A stretch of 63,016 nucleotides of DNA, filler included, from Salisapilia sapeloensis CBS 127946 (taxonomy: Eukaryota > Protista > Oomycota), in assembly GCA_023334545.1 (NCBI GenBank). It is 6 parts of 6 records of this genome, joined end to end, with 100 filler letters (N's around TTAATTAATTAA, not from the genome) between each part and the next. Parts side by side here need not be neighbours in the genome. Positions count along the whole stretch, not along the records: positions 22,529 to 28,831 come from JAADVB010000571.1; positions 28,932 to 54,670 come from JAADVB010000245.1; 4 more parts are not named here. One strand, given 5' to 3'. Shown piece after piece: positions 22,790-34,496 of the stretch (position 1 is its first letter; every line of letters starts with the position of its first letter). The notes beneath the pieces were generated by a model. The model made no database searches, was not told the DNA's origin, and saw nothing but the letters and a program-made list of their open reading frames with translations. The translations under genes were made by a program, and so were the position numbers.

Positions 22790-23752
22790 TTACAGTGCCC
22801 GGTCGTCTTCGTAATCAATGAGACGCTGAATCAAGTCTTTCTTCTGACCTTGAATGGACAGGCCACGCTCTTTTAGCTTTTCCTTCAAAATTGCAGGCTT
22901 GAGCTGTTTAATGGCTCTCGCATCGAGCGGTTCATCTGCATTATTCGAAAGCAATACGCTTAGACACAATCCTACAAATAATCAATTCGTAGAGCATACC
23001 GTCGTCCTTGACTTGCACCTTCTTCTTGTTCTTCTCTCGCTCGGCGGCAGCAGCTTCCTCCTCCTTCTTTCTCTTCTCAGCCTCTTCACGTCGCCTCCGG
23101 ACTTCCTTCAGTCGTTCCAAATCCTTCTTGGCTTCATCCTACAATCGACCAAACTTTAACCAGCGTCCTATTTATCAAAGTGGACAGCTACATACCGTCT
23201 CTCCAGCCAAGTGCTTCTTCCAGTAGTGCTGTTGGGCCCTCTCCTTCTCAATGGCCTCTCTAATGGTATAAATGCCATGATCAGTAGCTGAATCCAATGC
23301 TATGATGCTGTGCCAAAGTTGTACCGTTCCCGTCGAGTAAGCTGTTGTTCGCCCGAGCCTTCCTTCATGTCCTTGGCTTTCATCACCTTAGTCGAGGTAG
23401 GCTTAAGATTAGGATTCTGCACATCCTTGACGACGGCCGAGATGCCGCTCTTCTTCTTGGGTGTCTTTTCAAACTGAGGACCGTCGGCTTTTTGGGTGAA
23501 TCCAAAGAGCGATTTTTGCTGCACTCGCTCAAAGGCAGGTCCGTTGTTGTCATCCTCCTCCTCCTCCGAGGAAGACTCTTCTTCGGAACCGGACTCTTCG
23601 TCTCCGTCTTCATTCCGCCGAACTTTACGCGCTGCCTCCTTCTGCTCTTCATTCGCGTCACGGATCTCCATTTCTTCCAAGGAGGTTACAAACGTGCGTT
23701 CCCCTCCCTTCTCAGCCTTGCTCTTCTTGCCCTTGCCTGCTTTGCGTACCAT
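22790..23752 (-). CDS. PDAP1: PDAP1/HASPP28 (PP28 domain) protein with a C-terminal SAP domain; 4 exons
   Basis: VQNPN...LTRRER|EAIEKERAQQHYWKKHLAGET|DEAKKDLERLKEVRRRREEA (PP28), then |...KQLKPAILKEKLKERGLSIQGQKKDLIQRLIDY (SAP). Stop at 22790-22792. Confidence 0.85.
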
Positions 23753-23919
23753 CTCGACTAGTTCCCGAAGTTTATGAACTTTTCGTGTGGGTTTCTGGTG
23801 GTTAGTGTGGGTATTTCGAACTTATGTGGTAGACATTAATTCAGGATGATAGGCATTTGGGTTGGTGGCAATGTGTGATTTTGAAAGAAGAAGCGTTGGG
23901 GCATCCGGAGGCAGAAGAG

Positions 23920-24643
23920 ATGTCAACGGTAGCCATGATCCTTTTGAGAACGAGCCAATGGATGTCGTGCTGACGAGATTGTAGATTTGTATTGGAGGCG
24001 TCTGCATCCCGACGACTGCGTTGATCCCTCTGGCGCTCATTGTGCTGCAGTCACTGTGGGGTTGGATTCGAAAGAATTTCCTCGGACAGAGCGATGACCA
24101 TCTACATCCGAATGTTTGTGTTTCTATTTGTTCCCTATCGTCCTAGTGCTTAAGAATTGACCATTGGAGCAGAGCCGAGTGGTGCACATCCAGTCGATGG
24201 AACAGTGGAAGCAAGAGCATGAACGGGCGAAAGAGAACAAGCAGCCAGTACGTATCTTGTAGAAGAACTGTCTTGTTCGGAAGATTATATTGAGGCATAT
24301 GATGCAGGTCGTAGTGGATTATTCAGCCTCTTGGTGCGGTCCATGCCGCATGATATCTCCCACGTACCACGACCTTAGTGAAAAGTACCCATCCATGTCG
24401 TTTTTCAAGGTGGATGTGGACGAAGTGAAGCAAGTCGCACAGGAAAACGGCATTCAAGCCATGCCAACGTTCCACTTTTTCCAGGACGGCAAGAAGGTGG
24501 AGGAGATGAAAGGTGCCGACAAGACCAAACTCACGAAATTGGTGGACAAGTATGCACAGGATGCACCTACCAGCACTCGATCGACGACCGAATCGAGTGG
24601 CTTGGTGTGCGACGCGGATGGCTGTCGCGTGGTGGACCCATAG
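23920..24643 (+). CDS. Thioredoxin (WCGPC) with an N-terminal hydrophobic anchor; 4 exons
   Basis: Spliced MST|ICIGGVCIPTTALIPLALIVLQSLWGWIRK...|SRVVHIQSMEQW...KQP|VVVDYSASWCGPCRMISP...IQAMPTFHFFQDG. Tail ends GLVCDADGCRVVDP. Confidence 0.85.
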
Positions 24644-25028
24644 AAAAGGGCATATGGCTGACAGCCCGTGTCATCGTTTACGCAGGTTTTCTCATAAAAG
24701 GAACATGATTCTCTTTTCTACGCATGGTATCTTCAACACAGGTACACTTGCCAGTGTATATGCGCACATTATCCCCACCAAAATTTGTTGTATATCCGCA
24801 TCCTTCCTCTTCCACCTCCAGTCCAGCCTCTTTTTTCCAACCTCTTCGTGACCATTTTACGACCATACAAAAAGCTAGTCCGCGAAGGCTTACGTCGACA
24901 GAAAGCATGCCTTTCCACACGAGACGGGCCAGATTACGGCATACACACAAAAGCAAAAATCCAACCGTTTTCTTTTCATTGACATAATTTTCGTCGAACC
25001 ATTAAGAGCGCAACTACCACTTCGAACA

Positions 25029-25598
25029 ATGCCGACCTGGAAGCTGCTCCTGTGCTGCGCCGTCGCAGCCGCTGCCACATGCGCTGCGGAGACACCGGTG
25101 ACCAGCAACTTGCGCGCTTCCATGCTCCCTGACATCTCGGCGTCCGAGAACCCGATCGAAGAGCTGCATGTCGACTGGGTTGCAGACTATAGAGAAAGCG
25201 CGCGAACATCCAAGTCATGGAAGATGGACACGATGGCACCAGTAGATAGCAAAGACGCAATTGTCGTGTTCCACGATCGGGATGAAAGCGGCGCGGAGAA
25301 TGCAGTCGTGTCTTTCGATGTCAAGTCAAAGCCGAACTGCGTCGTCAGTGTGTGCGGTGAAAAGAGTTGGGGATTCATCTCACGAGAACGATGCTTTGAC
25401 CTGCGCGTTGCACCACGCAGCGAAGATGGTATGATCCGCGGTATCTCCGCCGCGTACACAGGCTCCCGTCCAGCCGCCTCGAAGCTATATTTGAAGCTAG
25501 ATGCCACCAACTACATTGACGGATCCGATTGTAGCTACACTATTCAGAGCGGTTCCAAGGTACAAGCCCCCGAGCTCGCTGCAGCAGCTCTCGACTAA
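25029..25598 (+). CDS. Secreted protein of unknown function, 189 aa
   Basis: Signal-peptide-like MPTWKLLLCCAVAAAATCAA, intronless protein-like ORF, four Cys in the mature part, INR-like CCACTTC immediately upstream. Confidence 0.75.
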   Translation: MPTWKLLLCCAVAAAATCAAETPVTSNLRASMLPDISASENPIEELHVDWVADYRESARTSKSWKMDTMAPVDSKDAIVVFHDRDESGAENAVVSFDVKSKPNCVVSVCGEKSWGFISRERCFDLRVAPRSEDGMIRGISAAYTGSRPAASKLYLKLDATNYIDGSDCSYTIQSGSKVQAPELAAAALD

Positions 25599-26037
25599 AG
25601 AATTTGCAACCAAATTTATATAAATCGTTCCCATGACTCGCATGCAATCCTGTTCCTCTCGTGGCATTCTATAAACTTTGAAGCACAAGTACCAATCGGC
25701 GTCGGCGTCCACGGAGCGGCACTGGACGAAACCGAGGCGAGTGCATTACCTACGTAAAGACGCGTTAGTGGCTACTAGGCATATACCCAACCTCGGCGGT
25801 TTCCTCTGAATGGACGCTCGGAACGCCCGGAAACGTATCACGAAGGCAAGAACGGATTGGCCTGTCTGCACTTCAAATCAGGTCAAGTCCATAATTCGAC
25901 GATCGGACGGTCACAGTGGCAGGGACGAAGCTCGAATCGCTTCCAAACGCACTTTGGGAAACTCACGCTAGTCACGGAGTCAGTCAGCCAGTAAGCAAAC
26001 TTCCCCCGACGGCCCCCCTCATTCCGAAGAACAGGAA

Positions 26038-26658
26038 ATGCGCCTTTTAGACGAAATGATGTCGACCTCGAATGACAGCACCGTTCGAATAACGCTACTC
26101 TTTATTCAGTTCATACTGGCGGTCGTCTCCCTCAGTCTCATCGCGAGCAGCTTTCAATCGCAGTCGATTGCAGTCACGCCCACCAAAAGCGTTAGTGTCA
26201 CGTACGGCGGGCCGACGATCAACTTTGGGATCGTCGTCACCTTTGCCGTCGCCTTTTACAACTTCTCCACTCTATTCAACTACTATTTCGTCCGCCGATC
26301 GCCTCACTTGACCATCGTGCAGCAACTAGCAGTCGATGGAACCTCTGCTGTCTTCTTGCTGAGTGCCGCGTGTGCCATCGCAGCTTCCGATTTTTCCAGC
26401 TACTGCCACAAACTAGGCGGTATTGTCCACTGCACGTCGTTGCGTGTAGGAGCTGCGCTCTCAGGCGTTGCGTTCATCATCAGCCTCCTTTCGCTCGGAT
26501 GGGGACTGTATGTAAAGCTATCTCGAAAGACCAAGCGATCAACAGCGGCAAATAACAGTACATGGCCCCCCGAACACGACGTGGCCATGATAGCTGCTGA
26601 TCTCCAGAGTGACAAGTCGCACGATACAGTTAACTATCCAGTCGACTATTCCAATTAA
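26038..26658 (+). CDS. Four-TM MARVEL-like membrane protein, 206 aa
   Basis: Four hydrophobic segments, a Cys pair in the second loop (YCHKLGGIVHC), DGTSAVFLLSAACAIA. INR-like CTCATTCC at 26018. Confidence 0.7.
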   Translation: MRLLDEMMSTSNDSTVRITLLFIQFILAVVSLSLIASSFQSQSIAVTPTKSVSVTYGGPTINFGIVVTFAVAFYNFSTLFNYYFVRRSPHLTIVQQLAVDGTSAVFLLSAACAIAASDFSSYCHKLGGIVHCTSLRVGAALSGVAFIISLLSLGWGLYVKLSRKTKRSTAANNSTWPPEHDVAMIAADLQSDKSHDTVNYPVDYSN

Positions 26659-28690
26659 TCTATCTTCAAAAGACCAGCGACTTGTTCAATGCAGTTGGCA
26701 CTTTTGAGTTCATGCACGTCTAGTCTGGAGAAACTCATTCAAATAAAGTCAAGCCCTTCGAGGAAACTCAGCAGCTCACAGCTTCTACAAATTCTTTCCT
26801 ATTCTTATCCGTCGTGATGTCTCTACCTTCTAAATACACCTTTGCCATGTCCATAAATGTACGGATTGCTAAGCTTTGCTTCAAGGAATCGCTTTTAGAT
26901 GAGTATTGTGGAAAAGGCGACGGCTTCGCATATTTTGGAAACCATCGGGTCAAAACTATCTCTGACTGAAGTGATGCTTGTCAGTGACGCTCCGCATCCA
27001 CCAAGTATTTGGATAGACAGCTGCAGTGATGGGCATAATTTCGAGAAGCTAATGTCTTGATGGATTTTCATGCCAGAACTGCACGGAGAAGTAGGTGCTA
27101 TACGATATGATCGAGTTGTCCAATTGACGCCACCGACGCGAATTGTTTGTCTCACCCATGAGATACGAATTGACTGATCACTAGTCATGTATTATAGGCG
27201 CCTCCACACTTCCGATGTCCTCTCCTGTCAGACGTTCCCACGAATCTTTTAAGTTACGTGTCACGAGCTCTGAATGTTCCTCGATAGAAATCTTCACGTG
27301 GGTTTCAACCTGGGATCCTACTTCTCTCATGTCACATCTTTCTACGACGTCGTCTCGCGAGCGAGCGTTTCGGGCACTCTATCGTAAAGAGATCCATGTG
27401 CTCAATGAAAAGTTCGTAGTACTTCATTATACACTCTATGGTACACATACTCGTAGCACAACTTTTACTTTCTCGCTACATTCTTCCATTTCTGGACCAG
27501 ACCGTGGCATGACTGACTATCGCAAGCATACCCCATTTTCCCGGCGTTGTTAATAAATTTGCACCTCCATTCTCCGTCCTCAAAGTCCAATCATTGTCAT
27601 CCAAAACAATGTGCTTGATCTTGACACGAGTCTGATTATCGAATGAAGTATGCGTACATTGACTCTATTCGTGCAGAGCTGATGAATGAAAGCTATATCT
27701 AAACGGCTAAGCGCCATGTTGATACTCTGGGCAATCGTACGTTCAGGAGGTCTTGTGCTACTTGGCGCTTTGTCGCGGAAACCTCGAATCACTTTGTTGT
27801 TCTGTCAATGGGTATAATGACAAACTTAGGATAAACGTCGACACCTTTGAATTCATGGTCTTTCTTTCATCGCCATACCCTGCTCTGACCCATGTCGGAT
27901 ATGCATTGCCCACTTCCAGTGCTGAGGCTTAAAGAGTCAATTGCATCACTGACGAATTGGTTTGGTTATTGCCACGACCAAAGACCATCTGCACGTCTTG
28001 CTCGTTTGTGAGGTTATAGGTGATACTCTGCTCTTAAGGGGCATATTTTGGCTCTACGTCAAGCTGTTATCGGCCACGATGTTGTTGGCCTGTAGTTGCG
28101 GAGCACGAATTGAACTTGACGCGCCAGTATTGCGCACGTATGGAAACTTGGCATGCGCTGACCGATTTTGCTTATTTAGCAAGTCATGTTTCTGTCTTGC
28201 TACACAAAAAGGTTCGCTGCATCGTATCGTAATGCTTTTGAGCTCACGTCTACCAGACTCTCGAAGCCGTTGACGAGCATCAGAAAGCAATCCGACGCTG
28301 ACAACCAAATGAGCTGCTAATGAAAGTCGACAAAGACGTTGATACTAGCTCTGTTCTCCGAGTGACTTTGATAGCTTAAACAGCGTGGTAATACTATTTA
28401 TTTTCGTCACAACTACCGCCATGCAGGATATAGCCCTCGTGCGGTTGTCTATATCGTCTCTTTCATTCGCAAACAATATAGCGTTCTCATCCAAGCCCAA
28501 TGAAACAATTAGACTTTTTGTGATGTTTTGAAAACGCTTAAGACCTAGAAGATGAGATTCAATTTGTACGTTATCTTCTCATCTGATGGTGAAATTTCAC
28601 AGTACGAATACGCCACTGGCACTTTAACCAACCAAAGCATATTACAAAGCAGGTTCTACTAGCGACACGAAACACAGTCAATACTATCTA

Positions 28691-28831
28691 CCTCGACTTT
28701 ATAAATAAAAGCGTCGTCGATATCCAAGCCTGTCCGGATACGCTCCATCCAGCGTTTTGCGCTGGACATCGACTGCGCCACCAAAAGAAAGAGATTTCAC
28801 ATCTGATTCTCTTTTCTTTCGGACATCAAAC
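28691..28831 (-). repeat. 141-bp repeat, right copy (inverted relative to 22529-22669)
   Basis: CCTCGACTTTATAAATAAAAGCG...GGACATCAAAC, exact reverse complement of the left copy. Confidence 0.95.
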
Positions 28832-28931
28832 NNNNNNNNNNNNNNNNNNNNNNNNNNNNNNNNNNNNNNNNNNNNTTAATTAATTAANNNNNNNNNNNNN
28901 NNNNNNNNNNNNNNNNNNNNNNNNNNNNNNN

Positions 28932-29154
28932 CATCGAGGCGAACAAGGACAAGATCGACCAGCTCATGAAGAACTCGCTCATGCTCGTGACTGCCTTGAA
29001 CCCTCACATTGGCTACGACAACGCGTCCAAGGTCGCTAAGAAGGCACACGCGGACGGCACGACGCTCAAGGAGACTGCTGTTGCGATGGGACTCATGACA
29101 TCAGAACAGTTTGACGAGTGGGTTCGTCCAGAGAATATGGTGAGCCCCCAGTGA
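28932..29154 (+). CDS. fumC: Fumarate hydratase class II, C-terminal fragment (5' part lost in the gap)
   Basis: [47 protein letters not shown]...[14 protein letters not shown]. Confidence 0.93.
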
Positions 29155-29322
29155 TGAGTTTGAAAGAGAAATGGCAGTCAGCTGCTACCAGAGTCTGTAG
29201 GAAGGTTCTTGAACGAACACAAACGCTTTCCAAATTCATTTGTTTTTCCTCTTGTTGAAAACTCTTGGCTCTGGCATGCGTCGGCAGGTTTGCCATCCGC
29301 TTTCCTGCGCCTATCCTTCCAT

Positions 29323-30079
29323 CTAGGTAGCGAATCGGCGTGTCCATTCAGCAGCTAGAGTAGGATTGATATACTAAGTACATGGAAATTATGTGTGTTG
29401 ATTATATGGAGGCAGATGCACCTGTTTCGACGGCACCCTGCTCATCCGTCTTCCAGTGGTCCGCAACATCATTCGCAAGCGGGTCGTCCGGGTTGGGTGC
29501 AGACAGCAGTGCCTACGAGTGTAGTCGTGCTGCTTTAAAACGTAGAAAATGGACAGCTGGGTGTAAGAGAAGCTACCTGGATGCTGAGGAGGACCGTGCG
29601 TATCTGGAGCGCAGGAGACCACTTGTCTTTGAGGATGTCGAGGCAGATCCGTCCAAGACGATCAATGTTGGGGTGGTAGATGCGCGTGAGGAATCGGACT
29701 TTGGGAGGTGCCATGGGGTAGTCTGCTGGCAAGAAGAGCTCGAGCTTAAAGATGCCGCTCTCGTAAGGAGACGACTGGGGACCACCGATGACGACCTGGA
29801 AGTATCTCAAATTGTCTTCATACGGAGTGGCCATGATGCCAGGGACTACAAAATGTACACATACGTTCATAATTTTGCTACAAGGTGGCGTATGGGGATG
29901 GTCTTAATCTACCTGGCTCAGCTAAGAGTCGTTGCGTCTCCTGTCGTTCGAAAAGCGTTGATGAGGTTTAAGTAGATGGGATGTAGAAGTGTAGTTAGCT
30001 AGAGTCCTCCGTAGAGTGGTTTTCGAGCGAGAATGTAGACGAGTACCTTGACGATGCGTCGAGGTAGGTTGTTCGCCAT
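29323..30079 (-). CDS. UBC13: Ubiquitin-conjugating enzyme E2 N (Ubc13); 5 exons
   Basis: Spliced [11 protein letters not shown]|ETQRLLAEP|[16 protein letters not shown]...[33 protein letters not shown]|[15 protein letters not shown]...|AEWTRRFAT*. Confidence 0.95.
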
Positions 30080-30352
30080 CTTCCTGTTCTCGCGATTGGT
30101 TTGTGCCTGGGTTTTCTCACAGAATGCCACGACTTCCTCTGCAGGTCGAGCTTCGTGCGACTCCATCTACTATTAATACCTGCTGCCTTCAAGTTGAAAC
30201 TTACCGCAGGTCAAGTCTATTTATATCTACCTTTCGATATACCACAGCGACCTAGTGCCACCTGAACGAACGCTGGCTCATGCTATCGAGCCAAGTCTTG
30301 CTATTACGACTTGAAAGTACCAGCGTAGATTTCCACACGAGCTTTGGACGGG

Positions 30353-32598
30353 ATGGCCGACTTTGGCGACATTGACGACTTTAACGACTGCGCTGTGCAG
30401 GGAAAACCCATCAAGGCATACAGGAATGGAAACTTTGACGCATCCAAAGCGCTCTTTGTACAGCACAACTGGACGTGGGACGAGTTCCTCTTCTCTGCTT
30501 CACAACGACTAGAGATGGTTCCAGCAGCCTCCCGGGTCTTTAATGCTGACGGTTTGAACACATCCTATCATGTCTACAAAAATGCACATAGGTATATCTA
30601 ATAATTCGATAGGAGTCGAAATCGACGATGTCATGTGCATCGAGGAGAATGACATGCTCTTCTTTTCTACCGGCGCCTCCTTCCAAACGCCATCATCCAA
30701 CGACGAGGACGATTCGACCCAGACAGACGAGAAGTCGGGAGCGAATGTCATAGGAGGCTACAAGGTCACGAAACTCTTAGGTCGTGGCGGTTTTGGCGAG
30801 GTCTGTATCTTGCTCTTGTATCTATCTGCTAGACCCGACTGCTTACACTCGTTGCAAAGGTTCGTTTGGGTGTCCACCAGCTCACGAATGAGCAAGTGGC
30901 GTTGAAATTTATTCTAAAGAGTGAAATGGGCTCTCTAGTCGACGTGGAGCGAACCACGACGGAAATCCAGTGCCTCACGGCGTTGAATCACCCGAGTATC
31001 ATCAAACTCCTTCGCGTTATTAATGAAGCTAATCACCTTGTACTTGTTTTTGAACTATTGGAAGGGTAGGCACCTCTATCTTTCTCTTGTTGTACATCGT
31101 CCGTAACAATAGTGCTTGGCGTGTACGTAGTGGAGACCTCTTCCATCACTTAAAGTCGTTCTCTGGGAAGGGAGTACCAGAGGATGAAGGCGCAGCCCTG
31201 TTCACACAAATCCTCGCTGGCGTCGGATACGCTCACAACCAGCACATTTGCCATCGAGACCTCAAGCTCGAGAACATCCTCTTAGCTAAGTAGGTGGATC
31301 TTATATCATTATTGTGACGAGTGATAAGCTTACTGTTGCGTGATAGCAAAGACGACATCTCGGTCGTCAAGATCGCCGACTTTGGACTAAGTGACTTTTA
31401 TAAGCCAGGTTTCCGTTCTCCTTCCGTGTGCATTGAATAGTCACTTACTCGACTTTATGCTCGCAGGTGCTACGATGAAGACGAGCTGTGGTTCTCTATC
31501 CTACTTGGCTCCAGAGGTCTTTCGAGGCACGTGCAATGCAGGTCCACCGCTGGACGTCTGGAGTCTCGGCGTCATCCTCTTTGCGATCGTATGTGGTCGC
31601 TTACCGTTTGAAGGCTCGGATCTTGTTGGTACGAACCGTCCTCGAGAGAATGTCATCCGCAGTCGGATCATGCGGTGTCAATGCAAGCTAGACGACCATT
31701 TGACCCCAGCTCTTGTCGGTATGTCCTCTCTCCAGTAGCATTTGTCTTGAAGCAGATGACTAACATTTCCTTTGGACTCGTAGATCTGGTAACACAAATG
31801 CTCCAGCCAGACCCGAATGAACGGGCGACAATCCCGGAGATCTTTGGCCACCCGTGGGTCCGAGGTGCTGCCACAGGCTCCTTCGCGATGGATTTCGCCA
31901 TGCCAATACCCAACGACCTTGGGAAAGAAGAAGAGGAGAACATTTATGACGGCTCTGGTAAATCATCTAGCTCCTTGCAGCCGACGACTACGATGCCGGA
32001 TCCAGGTGCAGCCCCGGCACCAGCCACCACGCCTCTGTTCACTCCATCCAACTCCCATTCGAATGCGGTCGGGGACGAAGACCGATTACCATCCATCGTG
32101 CCCAAGTCTCCCGTACCCGGTTCGACTGTGAGCACCCCGACTACTGGTCGTATCCGTCCGAGTCGCATCATGGACCACCCTCTGCAGCCTACAAAGCAGG
32201 TTGGGTCTTCCGGTAGTCACAAGAGCGATCGTCCGTCTCCTCGACTGAGTCTCACGTCCACTCTGGGTGCTCCCACCACTGGTTTCCACTCTGCCAGTGG
32301 CCACGACAAAAGCAAGAACCCGACGACGTCATCCCCTAGCAGTGGTCACTTCAAGCGGAACATGTCGGGGCACAGCAACGTGCGAGCGAGACCTCGACTG
32401 AGTGGGGAGAAGGCTCAGATGGAGCGGCATGCGACCCACTTGGCAGACGTGGACAGGAGACTGGAAGCTCGATCCAAGCATGGGACTCGACGTTCCGATA
32501 CGCACGTAGACGAGAGTGCGGATCAGCATGGTAGGTCCAACGGGAAAGACGTAGAGGCTGGTAGGAGAAGCCATGACGTATCGAAAGAGACAAACTAG
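30353..32598 (+). CDS. AMPK/MARK-like Ser/Thr kinase with an N-terminal DCX/KHA-like domain and a low-complexity tail; multi-exon
   Basis: N-terminal RVFNAD|GVEIDDVMCIEENDMLFFSTG. Kinase motifs LGRGGFGE, VALK, HRDLKLENILL, KIADFG, CGSLSYLAPE, DVWSLGVILF. Confidence 0.85.
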
Positions 32599-32656
32599 AA
32601 CACGTGTGCTTTGCTTTCCTAGTCGCAACTTGTTTGATAAAATTTCTCCCACGTGT

Positions 32657-34346
32657 CTACATGGCTGGAGGGTTGTACGCCCCATGGTTCCGATTGTCAC
32701 CCATCGGATTGTACTGCATCGAGTAGGACGCGTTGGGCATCATAAACTGCTGCTGCGGAGGGTTCATGGCCATGGGCTGCATGCCCATTTGCATCGGCAC
32801 CATGGCACTTGACATGCTCTGCGTCTGCTCACCTGGCATCATCATGCTATACGACGGCTGCACCTGCATGACCGGTCGAGGCTGCTCGCCCCCTCTCGCC
32901 TTTTGCAGATCATTCAGCGTCATCTGACCCTGCCCTGCCTTCTTGTCAGACGCACTTTTAGCCTCACCTGTGATCGATGTCCAGTTCACCAGGTCGTTCT
33001 CTGGAAGCACATTGCTCTTAGGAGCCTGGACACTCGTCTGCTGAGGCTGAGGCTGAGGCTGAGGCTCGGGCGTTGCGACTGGAGTTGTTGGGGCGGCATC
33101 AGCCGGACCAAGCGACAGTTCTGATAGCTCTATCCACAAACTATAAGGACTTGTCGAGAAATAGAAGAGGATAGGGAGTACCTTGCATGGGCGTGTAGGT
33201 AGGTTGATCAAAGATGGAAGGCTCTGGGTTACTAGTAATTGTGCTCTGGATCGGTGGGTTGGAGGGAGCTCCGAAGTCCATGTCCAAGAGGTCTGGAACT
33301 GGCGCAGGGGTTTTGGTGTTAGACCCCCTTTTCTTGGGCTTCTCCTCTTCGCTCTCGTCCGAGTCGGACGCCTGGACAGAGTGTCGGCGAGACTTTTTCT
33401 TCGACTTCTTCTTACTCGACTTGGAAGTGCTGTTGCTGGTGTGGGAAGAAGAGGCCTTCGGGAGTTTGGACGGATCGAAAGAGTACGAGTAGTTGGGGTC
33501 AGAAGGAGGCTTGACCTTTTTCTCCGGCTCCTGCTCCTCTTGGCTGCTCTCTTCGGACAAAAAGTCCTTGGCTTTAGTCTTTTTCCCCTTTTTAGTCTTT
33601 TTAGTCTTCTTCTTCGAGATCTTGTGACGCTTGTGGTCCGATTCAGACGATGCTTCCGACTCGGACGACACGTCCTCCGACTCCGACGCACTCGACTCAG
33701 AGGACGCTTCGGATTCAGACGACTCTTTCTTCGATCGATGCTTTCTACTCTTACTCTTCTTGTCCTTCTCTCCCTTCTTCTTCACTCGACGACTCTTGCC
33801 TTTACTACGATGCGAATGCTTCTCTTCATCCTTTAGAAACGGATTCTTCGCCCCAGCGCCTATCCAAGTCCTACTCATCAGCTACTATCTCGACACGATT
33901 ATGCTTCATAACGTACCTGGAGGTGCATTCTGACTATACCCAACATCCGCATACGGCTTCGGACGCTGGACGGCAAAGTCGTTCTGGTATCCACCTCCGC
34001 CGCTGCCGTGGTACCCCATGGCGGAAGAGGAGCTCGTGGACGAGTTTCGAATGTCCGCCATCCAGTTCGCTCGGCCGTCGTTATGCGGAATGTTCCGGTC
34101 CATCTGGCCTGGGATATGATCATGAGATGTCCACGAGTCCCGGCCTCCACGCGCAAGACGTCCTCCGTACTCGAGGACCTTGCCACCGAGCCACTGTCCG
34201 CTCTCCATGAGCTTATCTTTCCAATCCCAATCCCCCGCGGCTCCAGCGCCATTGCCAACTGGGCCGTTGTATCCTGGGGGATACGCAGCTCCGAACTGGT
34301 TCCTCGTATGCAGGTTGCCAGCGTGATTCTCTCCGTTCATCCACAT
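32657..34346 (-). CDS. Low-complexity protein with epsin-like tail motifs (NPF, DLL) and Lys/Ser/Glu tracts; 3 exons
   Basis: ORFs 33906..34418, 33141..33878 and 32657..33691 join through GT-AG introns. Motifs KNPF, PDLLDMDFG, NDLVN and an M/Q/P-rich C-terminus. Confidence 0.65.
33040..33066 (+). repeat. (CTGAGG)n coding microsatellite (PQPQPQ on the minus strand)
   Basis: Tandem CTGAGG hexamers are directly visible. Confidence 0.8.
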
Positions 34347-34393
34347 CGTCCTCCGGTCGAGATGGGAGGGAAGACAAAATGGCTTCGGACGCT

Positions 34394-34405
34394 TCTGATT
34401 GGCTC
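34394..34405 (+). promoter_or_regulatory. CCAAT box in a 150-bp divergent promoter
   Basis: TCTGATTGGCTC between ATG 34346 (-) and ATG 34497 (+); resembles the oomycete extended CCAAT element. Confidence 0.55.
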
Positions 34406-34496
34406 GGAAAGGGCACAAGACATAAAACGAACGATTTACCTAAATTTTAGATAGATTTGACAGGTAATTTGTACGTTTTAGACGGATTGGACATCG

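Noticed and set aside
26700-28690. Transposase or RT for the inverted-repeat block (fragments such as VNGFES and IVLDD)
   Set aside because: Only 4-6 residue resemblances in different frames with many stops; no DDE or YADD motif can be supported.
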